Numbered from the stretch's first letter, positions 38,841 to 48,893 are shown. The stretch: 64,000 nucleotides of DNA from Capillibacterium sp. (GCA_036562545.1 DATCJZ010000039.1:293-64292), one strand, 5' to 3'. Notes: generated from the sequence alone by a model not told the origin. A program made the numbers and translations.

Positions 38841-39329
38841 ATGTTAAAAGAGCTTGTGGAAATGAACCGGTGTCTATTTTTGGATCGGATCGAAAACTGG
38901 CAAGCAGCACTCCGAATAAGCTGCGAACCGCTAATCAAAGATGGCATTGTTGAGGAAACGTACGGGGAAGAACTGATTCAAAATGTGAATAAATATGGTC
39001 CCTATATTGTCCTTGCCCCTGGATTGGCAATTCCTCATGCCATGGAAGGAGCAAAGGGGGTGAAGGGCACAGGTATTTCGTTTATGAAAGTAAAAGAACC
39101 GGTCCATTTTGATCCTGAGGATCCGGAAAAGTATGCGGTGGTCTTTTTTACGCTGGCGGCCACTGATTCAAAAACACATCTAAAGAACATGAGGCGTTTA
39201 TGCCAAATCCTTTCCAATGAAAAATTGCTTGGCGAATTGATGGAAGTCACCTCTCCCGAGGGCCTTATCCGCCTTCAGGAAAAATACAGTGCGGAGTTGG
39301 GTGAAGTGGATAATGTTGCGTTGGATTAA
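38841..39329 (+). CDS. ulaC: PTS EIIA component (EIIA-2 / ascorbate-mannitol-fructose type)
   Basis: 162 aa with the phosphorylatable His in PGLAIPHAM. AGGAGG RBS. Confidence 0.8.
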   Translation: MLKELVEMNRCLFLDRIENWQAALRISCEPLIKDGIVEETYGEELIQNVNKYGPYIVLAPGLAIPHAMEGAKGVKGTGISFMKVKEPVHFDPEDPEKYAVVFFTLAATDSKTHLKNMRRLCQILSNEKLLGELMEVTSPEGLIRLQEKYSAELGEVDNVALD

Positions 39330-39347
39330 GAGAGTGAGGGGCTATTG

Positions 39348-40388
39348 ATGAATTTTACCAAGAAGCGTTTGGATAATGTTGAGCGGTGTTATTGTACGGC
39401 GCACCTAAGGATAGACGGAAAGCTTTATGCCTTGTTTGCCAGTGAGCAAGTGGCGGGGCCCTGTTTCGCCTACACTGGTCCCGATTTTTCGCAAAAAGAA
39501 ACGGTGTGGGAAAAGGCGGGCGGAACCATGTCGATCGTTGAGATCCCCGGTACTAATGGTCAGTTTTTGGGAGTACAAAATTTTTTCCCCGGATTTCAGT
39601 CGCAAACAGCAAAGTTGGTCTGGGGAAAACGTGACGCTGTAAATGGTTGGCAGGTCCAAGACTTTTTAGCTTTACCTTATGTGCACCGTTTTGACATTTT
39701 GTCATCCGCAGGTGTCAATTATTTAGTGGCCGCCACTCTTTGCGGGTCAAAGAAGGACCGCGATGACTGGTCCGATCCGGGAAAGGTATATGTAGGCGTA
39801 CTGCCGGAGGCTCCTGAAAAGGGGATGGAATTGACCCCGTTACTGGAAGGTTTGGTAAAAAATCATGGCTATTGGCGGGGGGCGATCGCGGGCCAACCTT
39901 GTGGCTTTATTACTTGTGACAGTGGTGTTTATCTTGTTATTCCTCCCAAAGCACCGGGCGGGAGTTGGGAAACAAAGCGGCTGCTTGATCTTCCTGTCAG
40001 TGATGTTGCCATCTACGATCTGGACGGAGATGGTGAGGAGGAAATCATTACCATCGAGCCTTTCCATGGTGATCAAGTTAAAATATATCACAAAACCGCT
40101 GACGGTTACAAAGTTGTTTACATTTACCCCGGTGAATATAAATTTGCCCATGCGCTCTGGGCCGGAAGGCTTAGAGGTGTTCCGGCAGTGATTTTGGGAA
40201 TCCGTCGCCTCCAAGCGGAACTGGCGATCATCAGGTTTTCTCCGGAGAGGGGTTCTTATGTTGAGACTCTTATCGATCAAGGGGGCGGCCCAAGTAATGT
40301 TGACGTCATATCCCAAAAAGAAAAAGATCTTATTCTTTGTGCCAACAACTCGCTACATGAAGCTGCTGTTTATTATGTCACAGATTGA
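39348..40388 (+). CDS. hypothetical protein, possibly beta-propeller/FG-GAP-like
   Basis: 346 aa with no signal peptide. One clear FG-GAP/VCBS-like Ca-binding-type motif, DVAIYDLDGDGEEEIITIEP. Embedded between EIIA and ptsI. Confidence 0.6.
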   Translation: MNFTKKRLDNVERCYCTAHLRIDGKLYALFASEQVAGPCFAYTGPDFSQKETVWEKAGGTMSIVEIPGTNGQFLGVQNFFPGFQSQTAKLVWGKRDAVNGWQVQDFLALPYVHRFDILSSAGVNYLVAATLCGSKKDRDDWSDPGKVYVGVLPEAPEKGMELTPLLEGLVKNHGYWRGAIAGQPCGFITCDSGVYLVIPPKAPGGSWETKRLLDLPVSDVAIYDLDGDGEEEIITIEPFHGDQVKIYHKTADGYKVVYIYPGEYKFAHALWAGRLRGVPAVILGIRRLQAELAIIRFSPERGSYVETLIDQGGGPSNVDVISQKEKDLILCANNSLHEAAVYYVTD

Positions 40389-40418
40389 GTTTGATTGCGG
40401 CTGGAAAGGGGGGAGACG

Positions 40419-42134
40419 ATGAAATACAAAGGCATCTCTATCTCGCAAGGGGTTGCCATCGGCAAGGTCTTCTTATACCGGCCTTATACTTTTAAACCGG
40501 TGGAGAAAAAGCTTGGTTTGGGGGAATACCCTGAAGCTTTACAGCGTTATGAAACAGCCCGCCGGAACGCCCGCGCGGAATTGGAAGGTATATGCCAAAA
40601 ACTGAAGGATCAAGAAAAAGCGGCAATTTTCAACGCGCATATTGATATTCTGTATGATGAGACCATTGATGAGGAAATCCGCGATTGTATCACAACCGGT
40701 GGCTATCGAGAAGATTGGGCGATCTATTGCGTTTTTGAAAAATACATTCACTTGCTGGAGAAAGGAAAAGACCAATTAATCCGGGAGCGGGTAACGGATT
40801 TGCAAGATGTAAAAAACCGTTTGCTCCGCTGTCATGCCGGTGTACCCGACCGTGATTTGGGAAGGTTGGAACATCCTGTTGTAATAGTCACCCATGATTT
40901 GATGCCTTCGGATACCGCAAATCTTGATCAAAGCAAAGTGTTGGGATTAGTGACCGAAATTGCCGGACCGACCAGCCACAGCGCAATTATTGCCAGAAGC
41001 TACGGCATCCCCCTGTTGTGCGTAGAAGGGGCGACGGAGTTGCTCGAACATGGCGATTTCGTGATTGTTGATGCTTTGGCTGGAGAGCTAGTGGTACATC
41101 CGGAAAAAAATACGATTGACCTTTATGAAAGGAAAAGAATGGACTGGGTGGCACAGCGGGAAGATCTTGAACGATACCGTTGGGTAAGACCGGTTTGTAC
41201 CGATGGAACCGGGATAAAGGTGGAATTGAACCTCGGCTCGGCTACTCCCGGCGAGTTGGAGGGGGCTAATTATACGGATGGGGCTGGATTATTCCGTACT
41301 GAATTTCTGTATATGGGGCGTAGTCAGCCTCCTTCCGAAGATGAGCAATATGAGCTGTATAAAAAGGTTTTATTACAGTTTGGAGAACGACCGGTAACCC
41401 TAAGAACGCTAGATATTGGCGGCGATAAAACGGTGGAATGCCTTAAACTACCAAAGGAGCAAAATCCGTTTTTAGGGAAAAGGGCATTACGGTTATGTTT
41501 TGAAGAACCGAAGATGTTTAAAACTCAACTGAGGGCGGCTTTGCGCGCTTCGGCCCATGGAAACCTGCGGATTATGTTTCCAATGGTAGCCAGTATTGAT
41601 GATATTCGTAAAGCTAAAGCTTTTCTTAGGGAAACTCAGGAAGAATTGATTGCCGAGCAGATTCCTTTTGCGACAGGGCTTAAAATTGGAATTATGATCG
41701 AAATTCCTGCCATTGCGATGATGGCGGACTGTGTTGTCCAAGAGGTCGATTTTGCCAGCATCGGCACAAATGATTTGACTCAATACTCTTTAGCGGTCGA
41801 TCGAATGAATCCTCTGGTTTCCGGATATTATCAAAGCTACCATCCGGCATTATTTCGGATGATCGGCATAGTGGCGCGGGAATTTCAAAAAGCGAATAAA
41901 CCATTATGCGTCTGTGGTGAACTGGCCGGGGACCCGTTGGCCGCTGCGGTTCTGATTGGCCTGGGCATTCGAGAATTATCGATGGGAATTTCGTCGGTGG
42001 CAAGGATAAAGAAGTTGATCTGCAGCTTAAGTCGGGAGGATGCTGAAAAGCTTGCCCGAGGGGTACAGGAACTCTCTACGGCCGAAGAAGTGGAGAATTA
42101 TCTTAAAACAGCGCTTAAGAAGATAACTGACTAA
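40419..42134 (+). CDS. ptsI: phosphoenolpyruvate-protein phosphotransferase (PTS Enzyme I)
   Basis: Active-site His in GPTSHSAIIARS. PEP-utilising motifs GTNDLTQY and CGELAGD. GGGGGGAG RBS before the ATG at 40419. Confidence 0.95.
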   Translation: MKYKGISISQGVAIGKVFLYRPYTFKPVEKKLGLGEYPEALQRYETARRNARAELEGICQKLKDQEKAAIFNAHIDILYDETIDEEIRDCITTGGYREDWAIYCVFEKYIHLLEKGKDQLIRERVTDLQDVKNRLLRCHAGVPDRDLGRLEHPVVIVTHDLMPSDTANLDQSKVLGLVTEIAGPTSHSAIIARSYGIPLLCVEGATELLEHGDFVIVDALAGELVVHPEKNTIDLYERKRMDWVAQREDLERYRWVRPVCTDGTGIKVELNLGSATPGELEGANYTDGAGLFRTEFLYMGRSQPPSEDEQYELYKKVLLQFGERPVTLRTLDIGGDKTVECLKLPKEQNPFLGKRALRLCFEEPKMFKTQLRAALRASAHGNLRIMFPMVASIDDIRKAKAFLRETQEELIAEQIPFATGLKIGIMIEIPAIAMMADCVVQEVDFASIGTNDLTQYSLAVDRMNPLVSGYYQSYHPALFRMIGIVAREFQKANKPLCVCGELAGDPLAAAVLIGLGIRELSMGISSVARIKKLICSLSREDAEKLARGVQELSTAEEVENYLKTALKKITD

Positions 42135-42160
42135 ACATTCCAGCCCGAGGAGGTAGTTAT

Positions 42161-42430
42161 ATGTATCAAAAGACAACTGTAATCAAAAATCGTACTGGAT
42201 TACACGCCCGTCCCGCCTCCGAATTTATTGCTTGCGCCAAAAAGTTTAAATCCAATATCTTAATTGGCCGGACTAACGAAGAGGAGAAAGTGAATGCTAA
42301 ATCCATTGTACTCCTTCTATCGTTAGGGATTGGTCAAGGAGAATCCGTAGCAATTTGTGCTGAGGGTGAGGATGAAGTTGAGGCGGTTGACACTTTGGTT
42401 GCCCTGATCGAGGCCGGCTTTAACGAATGA
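42161..42430 (+). CDS. ptsH: phosphocarrier protein HPr
   Basis: His15 context GLHARPA and Ser46 context NAKSIV. Confidence 0.9.
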   Translation: MYQKTTVIKNRTGLHARPASEFIACAKKFKSNILIGRTNEEEKVNAKSIVLLLSLGIGQGESVAICAEGEDEVEAVDTLVALIEAGFNE

Positions 42431-42518
42431 TGGAACCTTTGTTTTGACAATTCACTCTTGATTATCAAAAAAGCAACACTATTAGTTAAATATGAGCAAG
42501 AACGGGGGAGCGAAACCA

Positions 42519-43583
42519 ATGAGCAAGATTGATGAAATTACTAGGGAATCCTGGATCTTGAGTAGTTACCCTGAATGGGGAACATATTTAAATGAAGAAA
42601 TTGAAAATACCAAAGTAGAACCCGGAACCTTTTCCATGTGGTGGTTGGGATGTACAGGCATTTGGGTGAAAACGCCGGGGAACACCAATATTACTGTGGA
42701 TTTTTGGTGCGGGAACGGAAAAAGAACGCAAAAGGTCAAGTACATGAAAGAATATCATCAGATGGCCAATATGTGCGGAGGACGTTTGATCCAACCAAAT
42801 CTGCGGGCCATTCCTATGGTGTTGGATCCTTTCGCTGTGCATGAACTTGATGCGGTGCTGGCCACGCATTACCATGCGGATCATATTGATCCTAATTTTG
42901 CCGCTGCTGTTATGCAGAATGTTAAAGGGAATCCCCCGTTTATTGGCCCACAGTACTGCGTGGATTTATGGACAAAATGGGGTGTGCCAAAAGAACGTTG
43001 TATTGTGGTAAAGCCGGGAGATTCTGTCAAAATCGGTGACATCGAAATAATTGCCTTGGAATCCTTTGATCGTACTTGTCTGGTAACGGCGCCGCCCGAA
43101 GGGAAATTAGAGGGAATCTGCCCGTCTGATATGGATTTAAAAGCAGTTAACTATCTGATTAAGACTCCGGGCGGGAACATTTACCACAGCGGCGATTCCC
43201 ATTATTCTAATTATTACGCCAAGCATGGAAATGAACACCAAATTGATGTGGCTTTGGGTTCTTATGGAGAAAACCCGCGGGGAATAACGGACAAAATGAC
43301 GTCTATTGATATTTTACGGATGGCTGAATCTCTCAACGCAAAGGTGGTGATACCGGTACATTATGATGTGTGGACCAATATGTTGGCCGATCCAAAAGAG
43401 ATCCTGGTCTTGTATGAGATGCGCAAACATCGGTTGCAGTATAAATTCGAACCCTTTATTTGGCAAGTTGGCGGGAAATATACTTTTCCAAATGATCTCG
43501 GCAAACGGGAGTATTGCCATAGACGGGGTTTTGAGGATTGCTTTATAGAGGAGCCTAATCTTCCCTTTAAATCGATCTTATAA
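42519..43583 (+). CDS. ulaG: L-ascorbate-6-phosphate lactonase UlaG (MBL fold)
   Basis: Long collinear similarity to E. coli UlaG as I recall it ([83 protein letters not shown]). Confidence 0.9.
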   Translation: MSKIDEITRESWILSSYPEWGTYLNEEIENTKVEPGTFSMWWLGCTGIWVKTPGNTNITVDFWCGNGKRTQKVKYMKEYHQMANMCGGRLIQPNLRAIPMVLDPFAVHELDAVLATHYHADHIDPNFAAAVMQNVKGNPPFIGPQYCVDLWTKWGVPKERCIVVKPGDSVKIGDIEIIALESFDRTCLVTAPPEGKLEGICPSDMDLKAVNYLIKTPGGNIYHSGDSHYSNYYAKHGNEHQIDVALGSYGENPRGITDKMTSIDILRMAESLNAKVVIPVHYDVWTNMLADPKEILVLYEMRKHRLQYKFEPFIWQVGGKYTFPNDLGKREYCHRRGFEDCFIEEPNLPFKSIL

Positions 43584-43664
43584 CGGATGGCTTAAACAGA
43601 AGGTCCGCATTGATATTTATTCTAATTTGAGAAGGAAGAATTGAGCAAAAAAGGAGGACTATTG

Positions 43665-45122
43665 ATGGAGTTTTTATTGGAGATTTGGAGTTTCTTTGCC
43701 CAAAACATTCTGCAAAAACCGGCGTTTTTTATCGGATTGATGGTGTTAATCGGTAATGCTTTGCTCAAAAAACCATGGTATGAAATTGTCTCCAGTTTTA
43801 TCAAGGCAACTGTTGGCTACATGATCTTGACGGTCGGCTCCAATGGACTGGTTAGCAGTTGTCGTCCAGTCCTGGTTGGTCTGAAGGATAAGTTTAACAT
43901 CAGTGCGGTTATTATCGATCCTTATTATGGTCAAAGTGCCATCGATACCGCCCTTAGCGCAGTGAACAGATCCTTCTCTATGGTTATGGTGCTCCTCTTA
44001 ATTGCTTTTATCTTTAATATCGTATTGGTCGCCTTCCGAAAAGTTACCAAGATACGTTCAATCTTTACCACCGGTCACATTCAAGTGCAACAGGCGGCCA
44101 CCGCTTTTTGGATTATCTTTACTTGTTTTCCACAGTTGGGTGATACCCAGTACTTGATCTTGATGGGTGTCTTGCTTGGAACTTATTGGGCGGTCGGTTC
44201 CAACCTGACTGTTGATATCACGCAGGAATTAACGGAGGGCGGCGGTTTTTGTATTGCCCATCAACAGATGTTTGGCATTAAACTTACTGAATGGCTGGCG
44301 CCGAAAATCGGCGGTAAAAACCCCAAGCGTCTTCAAGATATGGAATTGCCTGGGTGGACGTCGATTTTCAATGAGAACATCGTTACGACTGCCCTCATTA
44401 TGTTGGTTTTCTTCGGGGGAATCCTTTTGTTCCTGGGTAAGGAATTCTTGGTTGCCGGCGGCTTTTTGAAAGCGAGTGAGAGTTACTTCTTTTACATTCT
44501 GACTTTTGCATTCAATTTTGCCGTCTATCTTACTATTTTACAGTTGGGAGTCCGGATGTTTGTTTCCGAGTTGACTCAATCCTTCCAAGGGATCTCAACC
44601 AAACTTTTACCCGGTGCGGTTCCCGGAATTGACGTTCCTGCGGTTTATACTTTTGGTTCGCCCAATGCGATCACTTTAGGCTTTATCTCGGCAGCCATTG
44701 GACAATTACTGGCAATTTTGGGCTTGATTGTCTTTAAGAGTCCGATTTTGATTGTCGCCGGGTTTGTGCCGATGTTTTTCGGTGACGGTACTTTGGCTGT
44801 CTTTGCCAATCATAAGGGCGGAGTGAAAGCGGCGCTTATTATTCCGTTTGTTACAGGGATTATTGCCGTCCTTGGGAGCGCAACTTTTGCCAGTTTTCTC
44901 GGGCTGGCTAAATATGGTGGGTTTAATGGTCTTTTTGACTGGGTTACCGTGTGGCAAGGTTTTGCCTACTTGATGAAGTATGCCGGGTATTTTGGGGTCG
45001 CCTTGATTGTCATCGGGCTTTTGGCTATACCCCAGATCCAGTATGCCCGGCATAAAGACACCTATTTCTTGATTACCGACGATTTTGCCGCCTATAAGGA
45101 AAAGATGAAGAATAATGCATAA
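43665..45122 (+). CDS. ulaA: PTS ascorbate-family EIIC permease (SgaT/UlaA)
   Basis: Polytopic. The N-terminus MEFLLEIWSFFAQNILQKPAFFIGL...GSNGL parallels UlaA. AAGGAGG lies 8 nt before the ATG at 43665. Confidence 0.9.
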   Translation: MEFLLEIWSFFAQNILQKPAFFIGLMVLIGNALLKKPWYEIVSSFIKATVGYMILTVGSNGLVSSCRPVLVGLKDKFNISAVIIDPYYGQSAIDTALSAVNRSFSMVMVLLLIAFIFNIVLVAFRKVTKIRSIFTTGHIQVQQAATAFWIIFTCFPQLGDTQYLILMGVLLGTYWAVGSNLTVDITQELTEGGGFCIAHQQMFGIKLTEWLAPKIGGKNPKRLQDMELPGWTSIFNENIVTTALIMLVFFGGILLFLGKEFLVAGGFLKASESYFFYILTFAFNFAVYLTILQLGVRMFVSELTQSFQGISTKLLPGAVPGIDVPAVYTFGSPNAITLGFISAAIGQLLAILGLIVFKSPILIVAGFVPMFFGDGTLAVFANHKGGVKAALIIPFVTGIIAVLGSATFASFLGLAKYGGFNGLFDWVTVWQGFAYLMKYAGYFGVALIVIGLLAIPQIQYARHKDTYFLITDDFAAYKEKMKNNA

Positions 45123-45163
45123 TCTCTGTTAATATGAGGTATAAAGGAGGGGAGGGACCAATT

Positions 45164-45454
45164 ATGCTGAAGATTATTGTTTCCTGCGCTAACGGTGCCG
45201 GTTCAAGTCTGATGATTAAGTTTAAAGTTGAAAAGATCATGAAAGAACTGGGTATTCCAGCCCAAGTTCACCATTGTCCGATCGCTGAAGCCAAAAGCAT
45301 AGTTCCCCAATATGATATGGTAATTACCGCTTCGAATTTCGTTAAGATGTTTGATTTCGCGAAAGATAAAATTCACGTGATCGGCGTGAAGAATGTTTTG
45401 TCGGAGCAAGAGATTAAAGAAAAAATTCTCGAAAGCGGAGTCTGTAATCAGTAA
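45164..45454 (+). CDS. ulaB: PTS EIIB component (SgaB/UlaB type)
   Basis: 96 aa with the phospho-Cys in KIIVSCANGAGSS. Confidence 0.85.
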   Translation: MLKIIVSCANGAGSSLMIKFKVEKIMKELGIPAQVHHCPIAEAKSIVPQYDMVITASNFVKMFDFAKDKIHVIGVKNVLSEQEIKEKILESGVCNQ

Positions 45455-45467
45455 CATTTAAAAGCCT

Positions 45468-45530
45468 AAGCTTAAGGGTGGTTGGGAGAGGCGGCTCGAC
45501 CGTCTTTTGAAAACCACCCTTAAGCCGCTT
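45468..45530 (+). terminator. long hairpin, possible terminator/attenuator between ulaB and the MBL gene
   Basis: 14-bp stem gcttaagggtggtt/aaccacccttaagc with a structured 27-nt loop, followed by a weak T-tract (cgctttt). Confidence 0.4.
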
Positions 45531-45610
45531 TTAATGCCGGGCAGCGGTGGAAACTATGGCACTGGTTCAAGGGAGAAAGCCAGGAAATCCATTTAGGAGG
45601 AGGAGCCGTT

Positions 45611-46459
45611 TTGAAGGTTACCTTATTGCAAGAAAACAATAGTCTGTTTGGTCGCTATTTAAGTGCGGAGCATGGCTTTTCGGCATGGATTGAGGACGGC
45701 CCAATTAAAATCTTATATGATTGCGGCTTTTCGGATAAATTTATCCAAAATGCGGAAGCCCTGGGAATCGATCTTCGCACCGCGGATTATGTTGTGATGT
45801 CCCACGGTCATCGCGACCATACCGGCGGTTTAAAATATCTTATTAAATATTACCGGGAGAAAGCGATGGCCCGTAAACCGGTTCTGCTGATTGCCCATGA
45901 GGATATTTTTTTACGGAAATACAATTTTAAAAAGAATCATTCCTCCGGTTTAGATGTTAGCCGCGAAATTATGGAACAATTTTTTGATGTAAAAGTATCC
46001 TCCGAACCATTATGGTTGACTGAAAACCTGTGCTTTATGGGGATCACCGAAATAACCAATGATTTTGAGCATAAAGTACCGCAGGTTGCTAAGAAGTTTA
46101 AGAATGGAGAATGGGTTGCTGATCTGGTTGACGAGGACACCCAATTTGCTTATAAGCACAAAAATGGCGAAGAGGTTAGTGTCATAGCCGGTTGTGCCCA
46201 CTACGGGATATGTAATATTATGGAGTACGCCAAAAAAATCACCGGAGTGTCAAAAATCCACACTTACCTTGGCGGTTCCCATCTGCGGATAGATGAAGTT
46301 CCCCAGTCGCAAGTCGACAAGACTTGTGCGTATATTGCAAAGCAGGGAATAAAGAATTTCTACATTTGTCATGACACGGATCTCCATTGTAAATTGGCGC
46401 TCTGGAATACAACGCCAAGTAAAGAGGCCGGCGTGGGTCTAGTGGTAGAATGTGAATAA
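45611..46459 (+). CDS. MBL-fold metallo-hydrolase (COG1237-like)
   Basis: HGHRDHTGG motif and AEHGFSAWIE near the N-terminus. TTG start after AGGAGGAGGAG. Confidence 0.8.
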   Translation: MKVTLLQENNSLFGRYLSAEHGFSAWIEDGPIKILYDCGFSDKFIQNAEALGIDLRTADYVVMSHGHRDHTGGLKYLIKYYREKAMARKPVLLIAHEDIFLRKYNFKKNHSSGLDVSREIMEQFFDVKVSSEPLWLTENLCFMGITEITNDFEHKVPQVAKKFKNGEWVADLVDEDTQFAYKHKNGEEVSVIAGCAHYGICNIMEYAKKITGVSKIHTYLGGSHLRIDEVPQSQVDKTCAYIAKQGIKNFYICHDTDLHCKLALWNTTPSKEAGVGLVVECE

Positions 46460-46473
46460 GAGGGATAAACTTC

Positions 46474-46518
46474 AGAAACAAAACAGCCTGCTTTTTTAAA
46501 GCAGGCTGTTTTGTTTCT
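46474..46518. terminator. strong bidirectional terminator closing the PTS island
   Basis: Perfect 18-bp stem agaaacaaaacagcctgc / gcaggctgttttgtttct. Confidence 0.85.
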
Positions 46519-46670
46519 AAAGCGGCAAGGCCATCCTGGGAAAAGAATCGATTTGCTTATACTAACAATAGCTTTACCTGGAGAATTTGAATTTTTACGT
46601 TTTATGAAGGGAAAAGCAGCACAGGTTAAGAAATATTAGTATACCTCATTTATGGAGAAAAAGATCAGCA

Positions 46671-48293
46671 TTGAAAGGGTATGCCGGTATGAACAGATTC
46701 GACGACAAGCAGGAGACTTACGGTTTTCCGCCGGCACTGGCGGCGGCGATGCGCAGCAAAGGGATCGACTTGGCCCTAACCAGAGATATTTTAACCCGTT
46801 ATAACGCCGGGGAGTTTGACCGGTTTCAGCCGGTCCGGGCCATGGGGATTCCCCGGATCGACGGGGAACGGATCCTTGATCTCACCGGCAAGCTTGAAGT
46901 CCGGGTGGATTTGCCTGCGGCGGAGCACCGGTTACGTAGGTGGGGCCTTGATCTTGATCTTGCTGCTTATTGTCGAGTGGACGGGGAGACCGGTCTCTTT
47001 GACCGGAAGGGATTGAAAAGAGTCGGCATTTTGCTCTATCCCTATCTTGGTTACGCCATCCTGAACGGGGGATCAGCCAGCAGTTACTTTGATTACAAGA
47101 AGAATGTGGCGCTTAGTCCCCAGTTATACGAGATTTGTGCGGAAAAACTAAAATTTTTAGCGGGGTTCGGGCCGAACGGGGCGAAAGCCTTGGTTCCCGC
47201 TTATCTCAATGAGGATGGCTCCCCGGGCGCCACTTTTATTGAATTGAAGATGCGCGCCCTTTTGCTGGAAATCCTCCGTTACCAGTTGCTTACCGGGGAT
47301 AAAAACAGACGGGTGTTGCCCTTATTCCAGATGGCCAGTATCTATAATTACCGCGAACTGGAGGAGGCGTATGACCGGTTTCAGAACAGTCCCTACCTGC
47401 GCGACCTGATGGACGCGACCGGGGTGGAGATCTATCAAGAGGTACTGACCGGGGTCCAGCCGATGCTGGCCGCTTATACCCACAGCAGTTTGGGGCGGCC
47501 GAAGGATGTTTTCACTACTGCTTACGGGAAACCCAATAATCCGCTGCCGATGCCCGGCGGTCATGGCCAAAATTTCCAGATTCTCGGCGACTGCTACCGG
47601 AAGCTTTTCGCCAACGGGATCAGGATGGTCTATTTAGGTAACGTGGATAATCTGGGCTTTACGGTAGACCCGGTGACGGTGGCCATCCTGGCCCTGCAGG
47701 GGAAGACGGCCGGTTTTGAGTTTGCCTTCCGGACTGTGGTCGATACCAAAGGGGGAGTGCTCGTCATCGACCAGGACGGCCGGTTGAACTGCGCCGATCT
47801 TGGGGTGGCGATCTCCCAGGAGGAAGTGCTGGCGGCGGAGGAGAGAGGAGAGCAGATTCTTTTCAACTGTGCCACCGGCCTTTTCGACCTGGAATACCTG
47901 GTCTCCCATCTGGAAGAGATTAGCCGGAAGCTGCCGGTACGCTTCTCCGATCAGGACAAGGACGCCGGCCGTTATTCCCAGGCGGAGCAGGTTACGTGGG
48001 AAATTATCGGAATGCTCGAGAACTTTTATATCTTTGGCATTAACAAGTACGACCGGTTTCTGGCCGCCAAGATTGGGCTGGAAACTTTGCTGGCGAGCGG
48101 AGTGGGGCTAAATGATCCCCGGTTCCCGGCGGCTGCGGATCCGGCCAAGGATCTGAAAAAGACCGCCGCCAAACTTCATGCCGGGTTACAGCGGAAGCTG
48201 GCGACGGTCTATGGTATGAAGAAAGTGGCGGGACGGTGGATTCCCAAAGGGATCCCCGAACTGAAAACGGAATTAATGATGTCTATTCGGTAA
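46671..48293 (+). CDS. UDPGP-family (eukaryotic-type UTP-sugar-1-phosphate uridylyltransferase-like) protein
   Basis: Motifs in UDPGP order: LNGGSASS (versus LNGGLGTSMG), PGGHGQ, GNVDNLG, DTKGGVLV and LFNCATGLFD. The start could be the ATG at 46689. Confidence 0.6.
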   Translation: MKGYAGMNRFDDKQETYGFPPALAAAMRSKGIDLALTRDILTRYNAGEFDRFQPVRAMGIPRIDGERILDLTGKLEVRVDLPAAEHRLRRWGLDLDLAAYCRVDGETGLFDRKGLKRVGILLYPYLGYAILNGGSASSYFDYKKNVALSPQLYEICAEKLKFLAGFGPNGAKALVPAYLNEDGSPGATFIELKMRALLLEILRYQLLTGDKNRRVLPLFQMASIYNYRELEEAYDRFQNSPYLRDLMDATGVEIYQEVLTGVQPMLAAYTHSSLGRPKDVFTTAYGKPNNPLPMPGGHGQNFQILGDCYRKLFANGIRMVYLGNVDNLGFTVDPVTVAILALQGKTAGFEFAFRTVVDTKGGVLVIDQDGRLNCADLGVAISQEEVLAAEERGEQILFNCATGLFDLEYLVSHLEEISRKLPVRFSDQDKDAGRYSQAEQVTWEIIGMLENFYIFGINKYDRFLAAKIGLETLLASGVGLNDPRFPAAADPAKDLKKTAAKLHAGLQRKLATVYGMKKVAGRWIPKGIPELKTELMMSIR

Positions 48294-48792
48294 GATAAGC
48301 GGCGACGATTTCACCGAAATAAAGCACATGATAATCGGGGGTGGGGTACCATTTTTCCCGGAATGCCGCGGTGAGCTGTCCCGGTTCCATTGCTTGCTGG
48401 TAGACCACCCGGCATTCGAAATGTAGAGGGCATTCTTTGATAATCGGGGTGGCGACCACCTGTCCTTTTTCCGGTGTAAAGCCGCAGGCTGCAAATTTGT
48501 CAATCTCCCGCCCGGACTGTTGGCCGCAGATCAGCAGTTCCTTGGTGCGATTTTGCTGGAGGGGGACACTGACGGTAAATTCACCGGCTTTTTCCAGTAA
48601 ACCATAGGTGTACCGGGAATAGCGGACCATGACCATGAGAATGGGTTTGTTCCAAATCTGACCGATTGTTCCCCAGCCGATGGTCATAATATTGGCTTTA
48701 TCCTGGTCTTTTACGGTTAAAAAGACCCCGCCTTTGGCCAACTGGGTGAGGAACTCCTGGGCATAGTCTTTATAGTTGATGTCTTTGCGCAT
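48283..48792 (-). CDS. flavin reductase-like FMN-binding protein
   Basis: 169 aa. GGVFLTV...NIMTIGWG is typical of the flavin reductase-like split-barrel domain. GGAGGAAGG RBS. Its 3' end overlaps the UDPGP-like gene by 11 nt. Confidence 0.75.
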   Translation of the reverse strand: MRKDINYKDYAQEFLTQLAKGGVFLTVKDQDKANIMTIGWGTIGQIWNKPILMVMVRYSRYTYGLLEKAGEFTVSVPLQQNRTKELLICGQQSGREIDKFAACGFTPEKGQVVATPIIKECPLHFECRVVYQQAMEPGQLTAAFREKWYPTPDYHVLYFGEIVAAYLTE

Positions 48793-48893
48793 GTTCCTTC
48801 CTCCGATCCTTATTTTATCCCTGTATTAGATTTCTAGATATAGGCGGGAAGTCCCTTCTCTTTTTCCGGGAGATGGAGAAATCTTTGGGAAAA

